From positions 1,056,001 through 1,120,000 of the forward strand of contig OY970208.1 in the NCBI GenBank assembly GCA_963713865.1: a stretch of 64,000 nucleotides of DNA. The letters run 5' to 3'. How positions within the stretch are numbered: position 1 is the first letter of the stretch; every line of letters starts with the position of its first letter. This DNA comes from an uncultured candidate division Zixibacteria bacterium (GTDB taxonomy: Bacteria > Zixibacteria > MSB-5A5 > RBG-16-43-9). The position numbers and the translations under genes were made by a program. Shown piece by piece: positions 20,525 to 29,006 of this stretch. The notes under the pieces were generated by a model, which saw nothing but the letters and a program-made list of their open reading frames with translations, did not search any database and was not told where the DNA came from.

Positions 20525-22660
20525 TTATTTGTCTATCCTTAATACCTTAAAAATGAACGCATATTCAAACGCAACATCTTTTAACTCATCATACCGGCCG
20601 GAGGAGCCTCCGTGTCCTGCGCCCATATTCGTTTTCAGCAAAAGAAGATTTTCATCTGTTTTCAAAGCCCTGAGCTTAGCAGTCCATTTTGCTGGCTCCC
20701 AGTAAGCTACCCGGGGATCGTTCAACCCGGCGGTAATCAGGAGATTAGGATAATTTTTTGGTGCGACATTATCGTATGGAGAATAGGACCGCATATAATC
20801 ATAATATTGTGGACTATTCGGATTCCCCCATTCTTCATATTCGATAACCGTCAAGGGGATGGAGGGGTCCATCATCGTATTGATCAGGTCCACAAAGGGG
20901 ACATTGGCAATGACTGTTTTAAACAGGTCCGGGCGCATATTATTAACCGAACCTATTAATAATCCTCCAGCACTTACCCCCTGGATTACCAACTTATTAT
21001 TTGAGGTATATTTTTCAGCAATCAGATGCTCTGCACAGGAGATGAAGTCAGTAAAAGTATTCTTTTTGTTCAAGAGTTTACCCTGGTCGTACCAGTACCT
21101 GCCCATCTCACCACCACCTCTGACATGAGCGATGGCACAGGTAAAACCCCGGTCCAGAAGGCTCAAGAGATTTGATGAAAAGTAAGGCTCTGAGCTGATC
21201 CCATAGGCACCGTATCCATACAAAAGCAAAGGGTTACTTCCGTTTTTAGCCATCCCTTTTTTGTAAACCAGCGAGATCGGAATCATAGTGCCGTCTATGG
21301 CTTTAGCGAAAACCCTTTCCGATTGATAAAGCGAGGGGTCATACCCGCCCAGGACCTCGTCCTGCTTTTTCAATTCGCGGATTTGCGTATCCATATTATA
21401 ATCGAATACTGATCGGGGAGTGACTAAAGAGGTATAATTAAACCGGAGGAGATTGGTATTGAAATCCGGGTTTCTTGCTGGCCAGAAGGTGTAGACCGGC
21501 TCAAGAAAAGGGACATAATGAACTTCGTTGCTGGACAGATTGGTAATCCGGATTTTCTTTAACCCTCTTTCCCGCTCATAGACCACGAGGTGATTTTTAA
21601 AAACCTCGATGCCATCTATTTTTACCGAATCGCGATTGGGAATGATCTCCTTCCAGTTCTCTTTTGAGGGGTTAGTAATCGGGACTTGCATCAGTTTGAA
21701 GTTTTTCGCATTGTCATTGGTCAGGATGTAGAATTTATCCCCGTGCTGCTCGACCGAATATTCCATTTCGTGCTGGCGGGGCTGAATTATCTTGAAATCA
21801 CCATCCGGATGATAGGCGTCCAGATACCAGTCCTCTGAGGTAGTTTCGCTTTCCAGAACCAGGAAAAGGTAGGCTTTGCTTTTCGATTTCTTCAGGTCCA
21901 GGTTGAAGGCTTCGTCTTTTTCATGATAGACTAAAGCATCATTTTTCGGATCAGTGCCTAAGAGGTGGCGATAAAGCTTATAAGGGCGTTTAGCTTCATC
22001 CAACGTATTGTAAAAGACAGTATTGTTGTCATTGGCCCATTCTGCAGAATAAGAAGTGTTCGGGATAACATCAGTCAGCTCTTTTCCCGTGTTAAGGTTT
22101 TTGAAATAAAGGGTAAAATCCTCCGCTCCGGTTGTATCTATGGAATAAGCCAAAAGTTGATGATCAGGGCTTACTTTGTAAACTCCAACGTCAAGATAGT
22201 TATGCCCTTTGGCAAGCTCATTCGCATCCAGCAAAATCTCCTCTGGAGCATTCAGGTTTCCTTTTTTCCGGCAGTAAATCTGATACTGCTTTCCCTCTTC
22301 GGTGCGGGTATAATAGTAGAAACTGTCTATTTTTTCCGGGACAGAAAGGTCGGTCTCTTTTATCCGGCTCAAAAGCTCGTCGAATAATCTTTTCTGCAAT
22401 TCTTCAGTCGGCTTCATCACCTCTTCGGTATATTTGTTCTCAGCTTCAAGGTATTTTATAACTTCTGGATTATCCCTATCCCTCAGCCAGAAATAGTTGT
22501 CAATCCGAATGTCTCCATGCAGAGTATCTATTTTGGGAATTTTTTGAGCAACTGGCGGGGCTATTGTTTGAGCTACTGTGGATATGCAGTGCCAGGAAAA
22601 AAGAAGGCTGAATAAAATCACCCAGCTTAGCATTCGATAGATTCTTCTTTTTGAGAACAT
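20525..22660 (-). CDS. ptrB: Oligopeptidase B (S9A) with signal peptide
   Basis: DNYFWLRD, HVRGGGEMG, nucleophile GVSAGG, DPRVAYWEPAKW, GAGHGG. Confidence 0.92.
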   Translation of the reverse strand: MFSKRRIYRMLSWVILFSLLFSWHCISTVAQTIAPPVAQKIPKIDTLHGDIRIDNYFWLRDRDNPEVIKYLEAENKYTEEVMKPTEELQKRLFDELLSRIKETDLSVPEKIDSFYYYTRTEEGKQYQIYCRKKGNLNAPEEILLDANELAKGHNYLDVGVYKVSPDHQLLAYSIDTTGAEDFTLYFKNLNTGKELTDVIPNTSYSAEWANDNNTVFYNTLDEAKRPYKLYRHLLGTDPKNDALVYHEKDEAFNLDLKKSKSKAYLFLVLESETTSEDWYLDAYHPDGDFKIIQPRQHEMEYSVEQHGDKFYILTNDNAKNFKLMQVPITNPSKENWKEIIPNRDSVKIDGIEVFKNHLVVYERERGLKKIRITNLSSNEVHYVPFLEPVYTFWPARNPDFNTNLLRFNYTSLVTPRSVFDYNMDTQIRELKKQDEVLGGYDPSLYQSERVFAKAIDGTMIPISLVYKKGMAKNGSNPLLLYGYGAYGISSEPYFSSNLLSLLDRGFTCAIAHVRGGGEMGRYWYDQGKLLNKKNTFTDFISCAEHLIAEKYTSNNKLVIQGVSAGGLLIGSVNNMRPDLFKTVIANVPFVDLINTMMDPSIPLTVIEYEEWGNPNSPQYYDYMRSYSPYDNVAPKNYPNLLITAGLNDPRVAYWEPAKWTAKLRALKTDENLLLLKTNMGAGHGGSSGRYDELKDVAFEYAFIFKVLRIDK

Positions 22661-22807
22661 CTGAAATCTCCTTTATTTTATCATTAAGTATGTAAGGTAT
22701 TAAGTTTTTTAAGTTGGTCTGGGAATTGGATCTCCAACACCTTTTAACTCTTGTATGAGTATGGTAGGGTCACATTGTCCCGCCAAAGGCTGGATGTCCC
22801 TACAGTT

Positions 22808-23524
22808 CTAAACCAACCTCCCATAAACCTTAATCACATCCCCATTAATAGATTTCGCCTCATCCGAGCAGAGGAAGAGAATCGTTTTCGCCACATCTTC
22901 TAGCTCGACCCATTTGGAGGGGTCTGGTTTTGTAATAGATTTGATATTCTGTTCTGTTTTCACCAGGCTCAATGCCACTGCATTTACATTTATTCCAGAA
23001 TCCTTAACCTCTTTTGCCAGAGTCTCGGTCAAATTTATCAAAGCTGACTTTGAGGCTGAATAGGGACCCATTCCCGCTACTGGTTCTAAGGCTAATTTGG
23101 CTGAGATATTCACTATTTTGCCATATTTCTGTTTGAGCATATAAGATAATACAAATTTTGAGCAGAGGAAAGCAGATTTTAAATTCAGATTGAAAATATA
23201 ATCCCAGGTTTTCTCCTCTAAATCCACAATGTTAAAAGAAGGGGTAACACCACCAACTCCATTAACTAATATGTCTATTCTACCAAGTTTAGAAACTGTT
23301 TCTTCGATAAGTTTTTTCACCTGTTCGGCTATGGTTACATCAACTTTTTTTCCAAAAAGATTTTCTTTGTATTCAGAAAACTTTGGTAAAATCTCGTTAA
23401 ATTGTTCCTCTCTCCGATAAGTAACCAAAACTTTAGCCCCTTCCCGGAGAAAAGTTTCTGCGATAACTCTGCCGATAGCTCCGGTTCCGCCGGTGATTAT
23501 AGCGATTTTATCTTTTAGTTTCAT
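22808..23524 (-). CDS. Short-chain dehydrogenase/reductase
   Basis: TGGTGAIG; YSASK catalytic motif. Confidence 0.9.
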   Translation of the reverse strand: MKLKDKIAIITGGTGAIGRVIAETFLREGAKVLVTYRREEQFNEILPKFSEYKENLFGKKVDVTIAEQVKKLIEETVSKLGRIDILVNGVGGVTPSFNIVDLEEKTWDYIFNLNLKSAFLCSKFVLSYMLKQKYGKIVNISAKLALEPVAGMGPYSASKSALINLTETLAKEVKDSGINVNAVALSLVKTEQNIKSITKPDPSKWVELEDVAKTILFLCSDEAKSINGDVIKVYGRLV

Positions 23525-23535
23525 TTATTCTGTCT

Positions 23536-23677
23536 CCCTCCCTTGATGGCCGATTAAGCTTTACGGCTCGTAGAGGAGGGATAAAGGGAGGGTGAAATTT
23601 GTTTTTATTTTCCCTCTCCCTAACCCTCTCCCACAAGGGGAGAGGGGATTTTTTTGCTCGATTAATCGAGCAACTAC
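23536..23677. repeat. Repeat cluster: CCCTTGATGGGAGGG repeat interrupted by the 26-nt mini-element (23549-23574), a CCCTCTCCC palindrome, and a REP overlapping the OPT stop
   Basis: Comparison with the uninterrupted copy at 19824-19856; GCTCGATTAATCGAGCAACTAC at ~23656. Confidence 0.8.
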
Positions 23678-25644
23678 ATCCTTTGTTTCTCAGGCTTGCC
23701 CAGCCGGGTAGAATTCCACAAAAGGAAAATGATAATGGCAAAACAGATCAGGGCTAACCAGGGTCCGAAACTACCGGAAAGGCTCACTGCTTCATGCGAT
23801 TCCCAAAAAGCAGCATAACTCGGTACAGAGGCAATAAGGAAAGCAATTAAAACCCCGACTAAAGCATCACCTGCTACCAGCCCTGAGCTGAACAGGATTC
23901 CGTTCCCTTCCCTTTCTTTATACTGATGTTCTTTGGACAATTTCTGCACTATAAGAGCGATTATCCCTCCAGCCATAATCGGGGTGGAAAGGTCCAAAGG
24001 CAGATACAAACCGATGGCAAAGGGCAAAGATGAAACCCCTAAAAGCTCAACTGTTAAAGCTATCATCGCTCCGGCAATTATATAGAGCCAGGGAATACCA
24101 CCGGTCATAACCCCCTGAACCACGGTTGCCATCACATTAGCCTGGGGGGCTAAAAGGGGTACAGGATGAGCATCGCTTTTGACAAATCCAAAAGCAGAAT
24201 TTAGAAGAAAAACTGTAAACCCCATAAAGATAGCCGGGAAAATCAATCCCACAAACTCCATCAACTGCTGGCTTTTCGGAGTTGAGCCCAGGAGATAGCC
24301 GGTTTTTAAATCCTGAGCGATATCCCCGGACATACATACTGCTATGCAAACCACCGTGCCTATAGTCATAACTGTGACCATCCCTTTAAAGCCGGACACT
24401 CCAAAAGCTAAAAGGACTAAACTGGTGACTAAAATTGTAGCTAAAGTCATTCCAGAGACCGGAGAAGATGAGCTCCCCACAATTCCCACAATTCGGGCTG
24501 CCACGGCTACAAAGAAGAAGCCAAAGATTACGATCAGTAATGTTCCCAAGAAATGAAGATTTGTTCCAGGGTAGACCCAGATCAACAAAGTAGCTAAAAG
24601 GGAACCAAATAAAACCACATACATCGGAAGGTCCTGGTCAGTTCTAAGCTTCTGAGGCTGTCCTGATTTCTTCTGAGTTATTTCTTTTACTCCTCCAGCA
24701 AAAGAGTGGACAATAGCAGGAATAGCTTTAGCTAAGCTGACAAAACCTCCTAATCCTACTGCTCCCACTCCTAAAAATTTTATGAAATTGTTTCTGATCT
24801 CCGAGGGGGTCATCTCTGAGATAAGCTTAGTTGCTGGTGGAACTAAATTTGGCATATATTGTCCCAAGTAAGCGATCAAAGGGGCTATACCCAAATAACC
24901 TAATACTGCACCTGCCAGCATAAGGGCGGAAGTTCGTGGACCTATGATATAACCCACTCCTAACAGGGCTGGGGTAGCGTCGATTCCTACATTAGCTCCC
25001 TTGAGGAAGGGAAGGTTATAATTGGGAGTCTCGGGCCAGAGCCTGATACCGCCCATTAAAGTCTTGTATAAAGCTGAAAATCCTATACCAAAAAATACAG
25101 TCTTAGCTTTACTTCCTCCTACATCCCCGGCTTTTAAAATCTCGGCGCAGGCGGTCCCTTCAGGGAATCTCAATCTTCCATGTTCTCTAACAATCAGATA
25201 CCTTCTTAAAGGGATCATAAACAAAATCCCTAAGGTACCCCCCAGGATGGACAAAAAGATTATATCTAAATTTGAAATAGGATGAGAGAAACCAGAAAGG
25301 GTCTCATTCCAGATGAAAAAAGCCGGGATGGTGAAGATAATTCCTGCAGCTAAGGATTCACCAGAAGAGCCTATGGTTTGAACGATATTATTCTCCAAAA
25401 CCGTTCCCGTTTTGAAAATCCCTCTTAAAACTGCCATAGAGATTACTGCCGCAGGGATAGAGGCAGAAACAGTCATACCCACTTTTAAACCTAAGTAAGC
25501 GTTAGCTACTCCAAAGACAACGGCGATGATGGCACCCAGGATAATCGCCCTCAGGGTAAGCTCCGGTATCTTTTCATGAGCTTTTATATACGGCTCAAAC
25601 TGGTTTTGGTTCGGTTCAACCTTTTTTGGTTCAGGACTTCTCAT
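23674..25644 (-). CDS. OPT-family oligopeptide transporter
   Basis: ELTLRA, YLGLKVGMTVSASIPAAVIS, ENNIVQT, FPEGTACA, QDLKTG, APQA; many TM helices. Confidence 0.92.
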   Translation of the reverse strand: MRSPEPKKVEPNQNQFEPYIKAHEKIPELTLRAIILGAIIAVVFGVANAYLGLKVGMTVSASIPAAVISMAVLRGIFKTGTVLENNIVQTIGSSGESLAAGIIFTIPAFFIWNETLSGFSHPISNLDIIFLSILGGTLGILFMIPLRRYLIVREHGRLRFPEGTACAEILKAGDVGGSKAKTVFFGIGFSALYKTLMGGIRLWPETPNYNLPFLKGANVGIDATPALLGVGYIIGPRTSALMLAGAVLGYLGIAPLIAYLGQYMPNLVPPATKLISEMTPSEIRNNFIKFLGVGAVGLGGFVSLAKAIPAIVHSFAGGVKEITQKKSGQPQKLRTDQDLPMYVVLFGSLLATLLIWVYPGTNLHFLGTLLIVIFGFFFVAVAARIVGIVGSSSSPVSGMTLATILVTSLVLLAFGVSGFKGMVTVMTIGTVVCIAVCMSGDIAQDLKTGYLLGSTPKSQQLMEFVGLIFPAIFMGFTVFLLNSAFGFVKSDAHPVPLLAPQANVMATVVQGVMTGGIPWLYIIAGAMIALTVELLGVSSLPFAIGLYLPLDLSTPIMAGGIIALIVQKLSKEHQYKEREGNGILFSSGLVAGDALVGVLIAFLIASVPSYAAFWESHEAVSLSGSFGPWLALICFAIIIFLLWNSTRLGKPEKQRM

Positions 25645-25818
25645 ATTCCTCCTCTTAGCTTAAAATTTGAAAGATCAGTTTTCAATAATTACCCAAAGCT
25701 AATATTATGAAAGCTCTGAGTCAAGTTTTTTCAGTTTGGAGGGATTCAAAATTTTAAACCCCTACAAATTGTTTTCTTGTTGGCGACCCTGAAAGGGTCA
25801 CACTTGTATATTGAATAT

Positions 25819-26017
25819 TATGTTTATATTTTACAGGTGAATAAGGGATATACCCTTCACCCAATGGTGGAAGGGAACCTTGCCGACAGATCGTGTCGCA
25901 CTTGGGCTAAAAGCTCGTTCGTAGCTTGGTCGTCGGCAAGGTCCCTTGTGCCTCTGCAAGCTCGAACAGTCGAATGGTTAAAAAGACCGCATAGCAAGTA
26001 TGGGCTACCAGAGGCAA
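25819..26017 (+). ncRNA. Bridge RNA (predicted; ends approximate)
   Basis: 5' hairpin 25836-25861; target-binding loop in stem 25871-25887/25932-25947 with guides GTCGCACT and TCGTAG; donor-binding loop in stem 25949-25956/26009-26016 with guides ACAGTCG and CAAG. Confidence 0.82.
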
Positions 26018-26049
26018 GTTAATTAAATTATACTAAAGGAGGAGTAGTT

Positions 26050-26976
26050 ATGCAACAGATAGTTTGCGGGATTGACGTTAGTTCAGAGGAGCTTGAAGCT
26101 TGCATTCTTTTGGCAGATGATACTGCTAATCCACACCGCCGGACCTTCAGCAACACCAGGAAAGGTATTAAGAAGTTCATATCTTGGTTAAGGGGTAACA
26201 AAGTAGAGTTGGTAGTTATGGAGGCATCAGGAGGGTATGAGCGGGTTTGTAGGAGGATGTTAAGAGAGTTAGGGATTCAGGCTCATGTAGTTAATCCTGC
26301 ACGGGTAAGGCATTTTGCCAGGGGGATAGGAAAACTGGCGAAGACGGACAAGATTGATGCCCGGGTTATAGCCAGATTTGGACAGGTGGTGAAGTTAGAG
26401 GAGTTAGGGGAGATAAGTGAGATGGAGTTGGAGATTCAGGAGCTTATCAAAAGGCGGCAGGAGTTGCAGGAAATGGTAGTGGCAGAGAAAAACAGGCTTC
26501 GTATAGCAGAGAGGGAAAAGGCAAAAAGCCTTAAAAGGATAATCAAGGTATTGGAGAAGGAGCTTGAGCTGATGGATGAGAGGATAAAGGAATTAGCTCA
26601 AAAAGATGATCAGATTATGCGGAAGGTTGGATTTTTAAGAAGGGAAAAAGGGATGGGATTTATCACCGCTATAAGTTTACTTTCTTGTTTACCTGAGTTG
26701 GGGAGAGTAGATAGGAAAAAGATATCTGCGTTGGCGGGGGTGTCACCTTTCAACCGAGAGAGTGGCAAGTGGAAAGGTAAAAGCTTCATAAGTGGAGGAC
26801 GTGGACTCATAAGAAAGATCCTGTATATGCCTGTCTTGGTAGCAATAAGATTTAACCAGAAGCTAAAAGAGTTTTATCAGAGGTTATTAGCTTCAGGAAA
26901 GGCAAAAAAAGTAGCCGTGGTTGCGGTGATGCGCAAATTACTAATTATCTGTAATGCCATTTTAAAAAATGCTTGA
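26050..26976 (+). CDS. IS110-family recombinase/transposase
   Basis: RuvC-like DEDD residues in GIDVS, VMEASG, KTDKID; Tnp-domain serine in PFNRESG; GGRG, AVMRKLL; SD AAGGAGG. Confidence 0.95.
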   Translation: MQQIVCGIDVSSEELEACILLADDTANPHRRTFSNTRKGIKKFISWLRGNKVELVVMEASGGYERVCRRMLRELGIQAHVVNPARVRHFARGIGKLAKTDKIDARVIARFGQVVKLEELGEISEMELEIQELIKRRQELQEMVVAEKNRLRIAEREKAKSLKRIIKVLEKELELMDERIKELAQKDDQIMRKVGFLRREKGMGFITAISLLSCLPELGRVDRKKISALAGVSPFNRESGKWKGKSFISGGRGLIRKILYMPVLVAIRFNQKLKEFYQRLLASGKAKKVAVVAVMRKLLIICNAILKNA

Positions 26977-27086
26977 TTTTCAAGACAGTCGCTACGATGT
27001 TCAGGTACATTTAAAAAACTTTCTCCTTGCTTTCTCTTCTGAAAAACTTAAATTCTTTAAAGGACGTTCATCCAAGGAGATGTTTT

Positions 27087-28775
27087 ATGACCCATAAAGG
27101 TTACAGGTTTTTTTGCGGTTCGGTCTTAATCTTTTTTCTTTTTACAGCCTTTACTTTCGCTCAAGAGAGGAAAAGCAGTAAAAGTTTTAACGATTATCTT
27201 GCTTTTAGCCATTTCGTAAATGGAACCTTATATGAGCTTTCCGGGGACTTAAATTCAGCCGTTCAGGAATATAAAAATGCCCTGAATTATTCACCTGAGT
27301 CCTACACCCTGAAATTTTCCCTGGCTCAGGATTATTTCAAGTTAGGAGATATTGAGAATGCTTTAAAAGAGGTGGAAAAGATAGAGCCTAAAACGGGTGA
27401 AGCCTGGGCTTTTATGGGAGATTGTTACCGTAATCTGAATAAAAAAGATAAAACCATCGAGTCTTACAAAAGGGCAGTTCAGACTGATTCTAATCTTATA
27501 GCACCTTACTGGTATCTTGCCCAGGACTGGCAACAAGCAGGAAAAATTGATTCAGCCATCTATGCCTGGAGAAAAATAGCTTCAGACTCTCCGTTTAGTA
27601 AATCGATCTATTTGAATTTAGGATTTCTTTTAGAAACGCAAGGCAGGTTGGATGAAGCACTGCAGGAGTATAAAAGAGCTTCAAATGTGGATCCCTACGA
27701 CAAAAAAGCCCTTTTGTCCATAGGGGGAGTGTATGAAGCGCAAAAGGATTTCACTCAGGCAATAAGAGTATATCAGGAAGCCTTAGCCCAGGATACAACC
27801 GATATACTCGTTCGCACCAAACTGGTTCAGCTTTATTTTAACTCCGGAGACAGGGAAAAAGCTTTAGATGAAGGAATTAAACTATATGAACTTCGTCCAC
27901 AGGATAAGAATGTCAAAAGGTTATTAGGAGGAATCTATCTTTCCCTGCAAAAATACCCTCAGGCAGAGACTCTTTTCTCTGAATATATTAAAGCTGATTC
28001 AACTGACCCTGGCGGTTATCTTTTTTTAGGCAGAACTTTCTTAGAAGAAAAAAAATATCCACAGGCTAAAACTATGTTCCAGAGAACTATCGCCCTGAAC
28101 GATTCATTGTCCGGAAACGGATCCGTAGGACAGGAAGCCTGGGTAAATTTAGGAATAACTTACTTAGAGGAAGATAGCCTTTTAAAGGCAAAAGAAACAT
28201 TTTCACAGGCACTTCCTAAAGTTGAGAGGAAAGACGAAATTTATTATTTTTTGGGTCTGGTTTATTCCAGACTGAAGGAATTTCCTCAAGCGATAGAATT
28301 TTTACTGAAGGCTGATTCTCTCAATCCGGAGAACACTCAGGTCCTTTTCCTTTTGGGCTCAGCTTATGAACAGAGTAAAAACTTTGAGCTATCGGTCTCT
28401 ACTTTTGAAAAGGTTTTATCAAAGGACCCGGAAAATGATGAAGCTTTGAACTACTTAGGTTATATGTTAACAGATAAAGGGGTAAGGTTAGATGAAGCTT
28501 TAAAAATGATTGAAAAAGCTTTGGAGAAAAAGCCGGACAATGGTGCCTATTTAGATAGTTACGGCTGGATTTTGTTCAGACTGGGAAAAGTAAATGAAGC
28601 TGAAATCCAGATAAGGAAAGCATTAAAGACCCAGTTTAAAGATGCAGTGCTCTATGAACATTTAGGTGATATCTTAGATGCCTCAGGTAGAAAAGAAGAA
28701 GCAAGGCAACAGTGGGAAAAAGCTTTGGAGCTTAACCCTGAGAACGAAAAGATTAAAGCGAAATTGGGGAAATAA
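27087..28775 (+). CDS. Exported multi-TPR protein
   Basis: ATG 27087 after AAGGAG; signal peptide; many TPRs; C-terminal ALNYLGY...YLDSYGW...EHLGD. Confidence 0.85.
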   Translation: MTHKGYRFFCGSVLIFFLFTAFTFAQERKSSKSFNDYLAFSHFVNGTLYELSGDLNSAVQEYKNALNYSPESYTLKFSLAQDYFKLGDIENALKEVEKIEPKTGEAWAFMGDCYRNLNKKDKTIESYKRAVQTDSNLIAPYWYLAQDWQQAGKIDSAIYAWRKIASDSPFSKSIYLNLGFLLETQGRLDEALQEYKRASNVDPYDKKALLSIGGVYEAQKDFTQAIRVYQEALAQDTTDILVRTKLVQLYFNSGDREKALDEGIKLYELRPQDKNVKRLLGGIYLSLQKYPQAETLFSEYIKADSTDPGGYLFLGRTFLEEKKYPQAKTMFQRTIALNDSLSGNGSVGQEAWVNLGITYLEEDSLLKAKETFSQALPKVERKDEIYYFLGLVYSRLKEFPQAIEFLLKADSLNPENTQVLFLLGSAYEQSKNFELSVSTFEKVLSKDPENDEALNYLGYMLTDKGVRLDEALKMIEKALEKKPDNGAYLDSYGWILFRLGKVNEAEIQIRKALKTQFKDAVLYEHLGDILDASGRKEEARQQWEKALELNPENEKIKAKLGK

Positions 28776-28860
28776 AAAGAAATTATAGGGCAAGGCTTCA
28801 GCCTTGTTTCGCAGGATAATATGCGGTTGATAACATCCGTTTGGGAGCAAGCTTGGAAAG

Positions 28861-28931
28861 TTCCCTCTCCCCTCTACGAGGAGCGAAGCCTCCGTAGGAC
28901 CGTATAGCTTTTATCGGCTTGTGGGAGAGGG
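28861..28931 (-). repeat. CCCTCTCCC palindrome interrupted by a 46-nt nested mini-element (28873-28918)
   Basis: Removing 28873-28918 restores TTCCCTCTCCCCTTGTGGGAGAGGG, the exact reverse complement of the 19443-19467 copy. Confidence 0.8.
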
Positions 28932-29006
28932 TTGGGGAAGCTACGCCCCCTTACCCCTCCCATCCAGGGAAGGGAGAAGGTCTTCTCTACAATACCTTAT
29001 GTATAT

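Larger units (their letters stand above)
25803..26993 (+). mobile_element. IS110-family (IS621-like) insertion sequence bounded by CT cores and inserted in a REP hairpin
   Basis: Left junction GGTCACA-CT-TGTAT, right junction ACAGTCG-CT-ACGAT; long left non-coding end, short right end; DEDD recombinase. Confidence 0.9.

Noticed and set aside
25777-26022. 81-aa ORF upstream of the IS110 recombinase
   Set aside because: Crosses the IS boundary and overlies the structured bridge RNA; no SD or recognisable protein features
16122-29000. Clustered palindromes as a CRISPR array
   Set aside because: No constant repeat with regular unique spacers; no cas genes
28932-29006. Extended N-termini given by the ORF track (also 27027, 30922, 19795, 17065)
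   Set aside because: Extensions run through repeats or leaders; downstream ATGs fit SD and signal-peptide positions better
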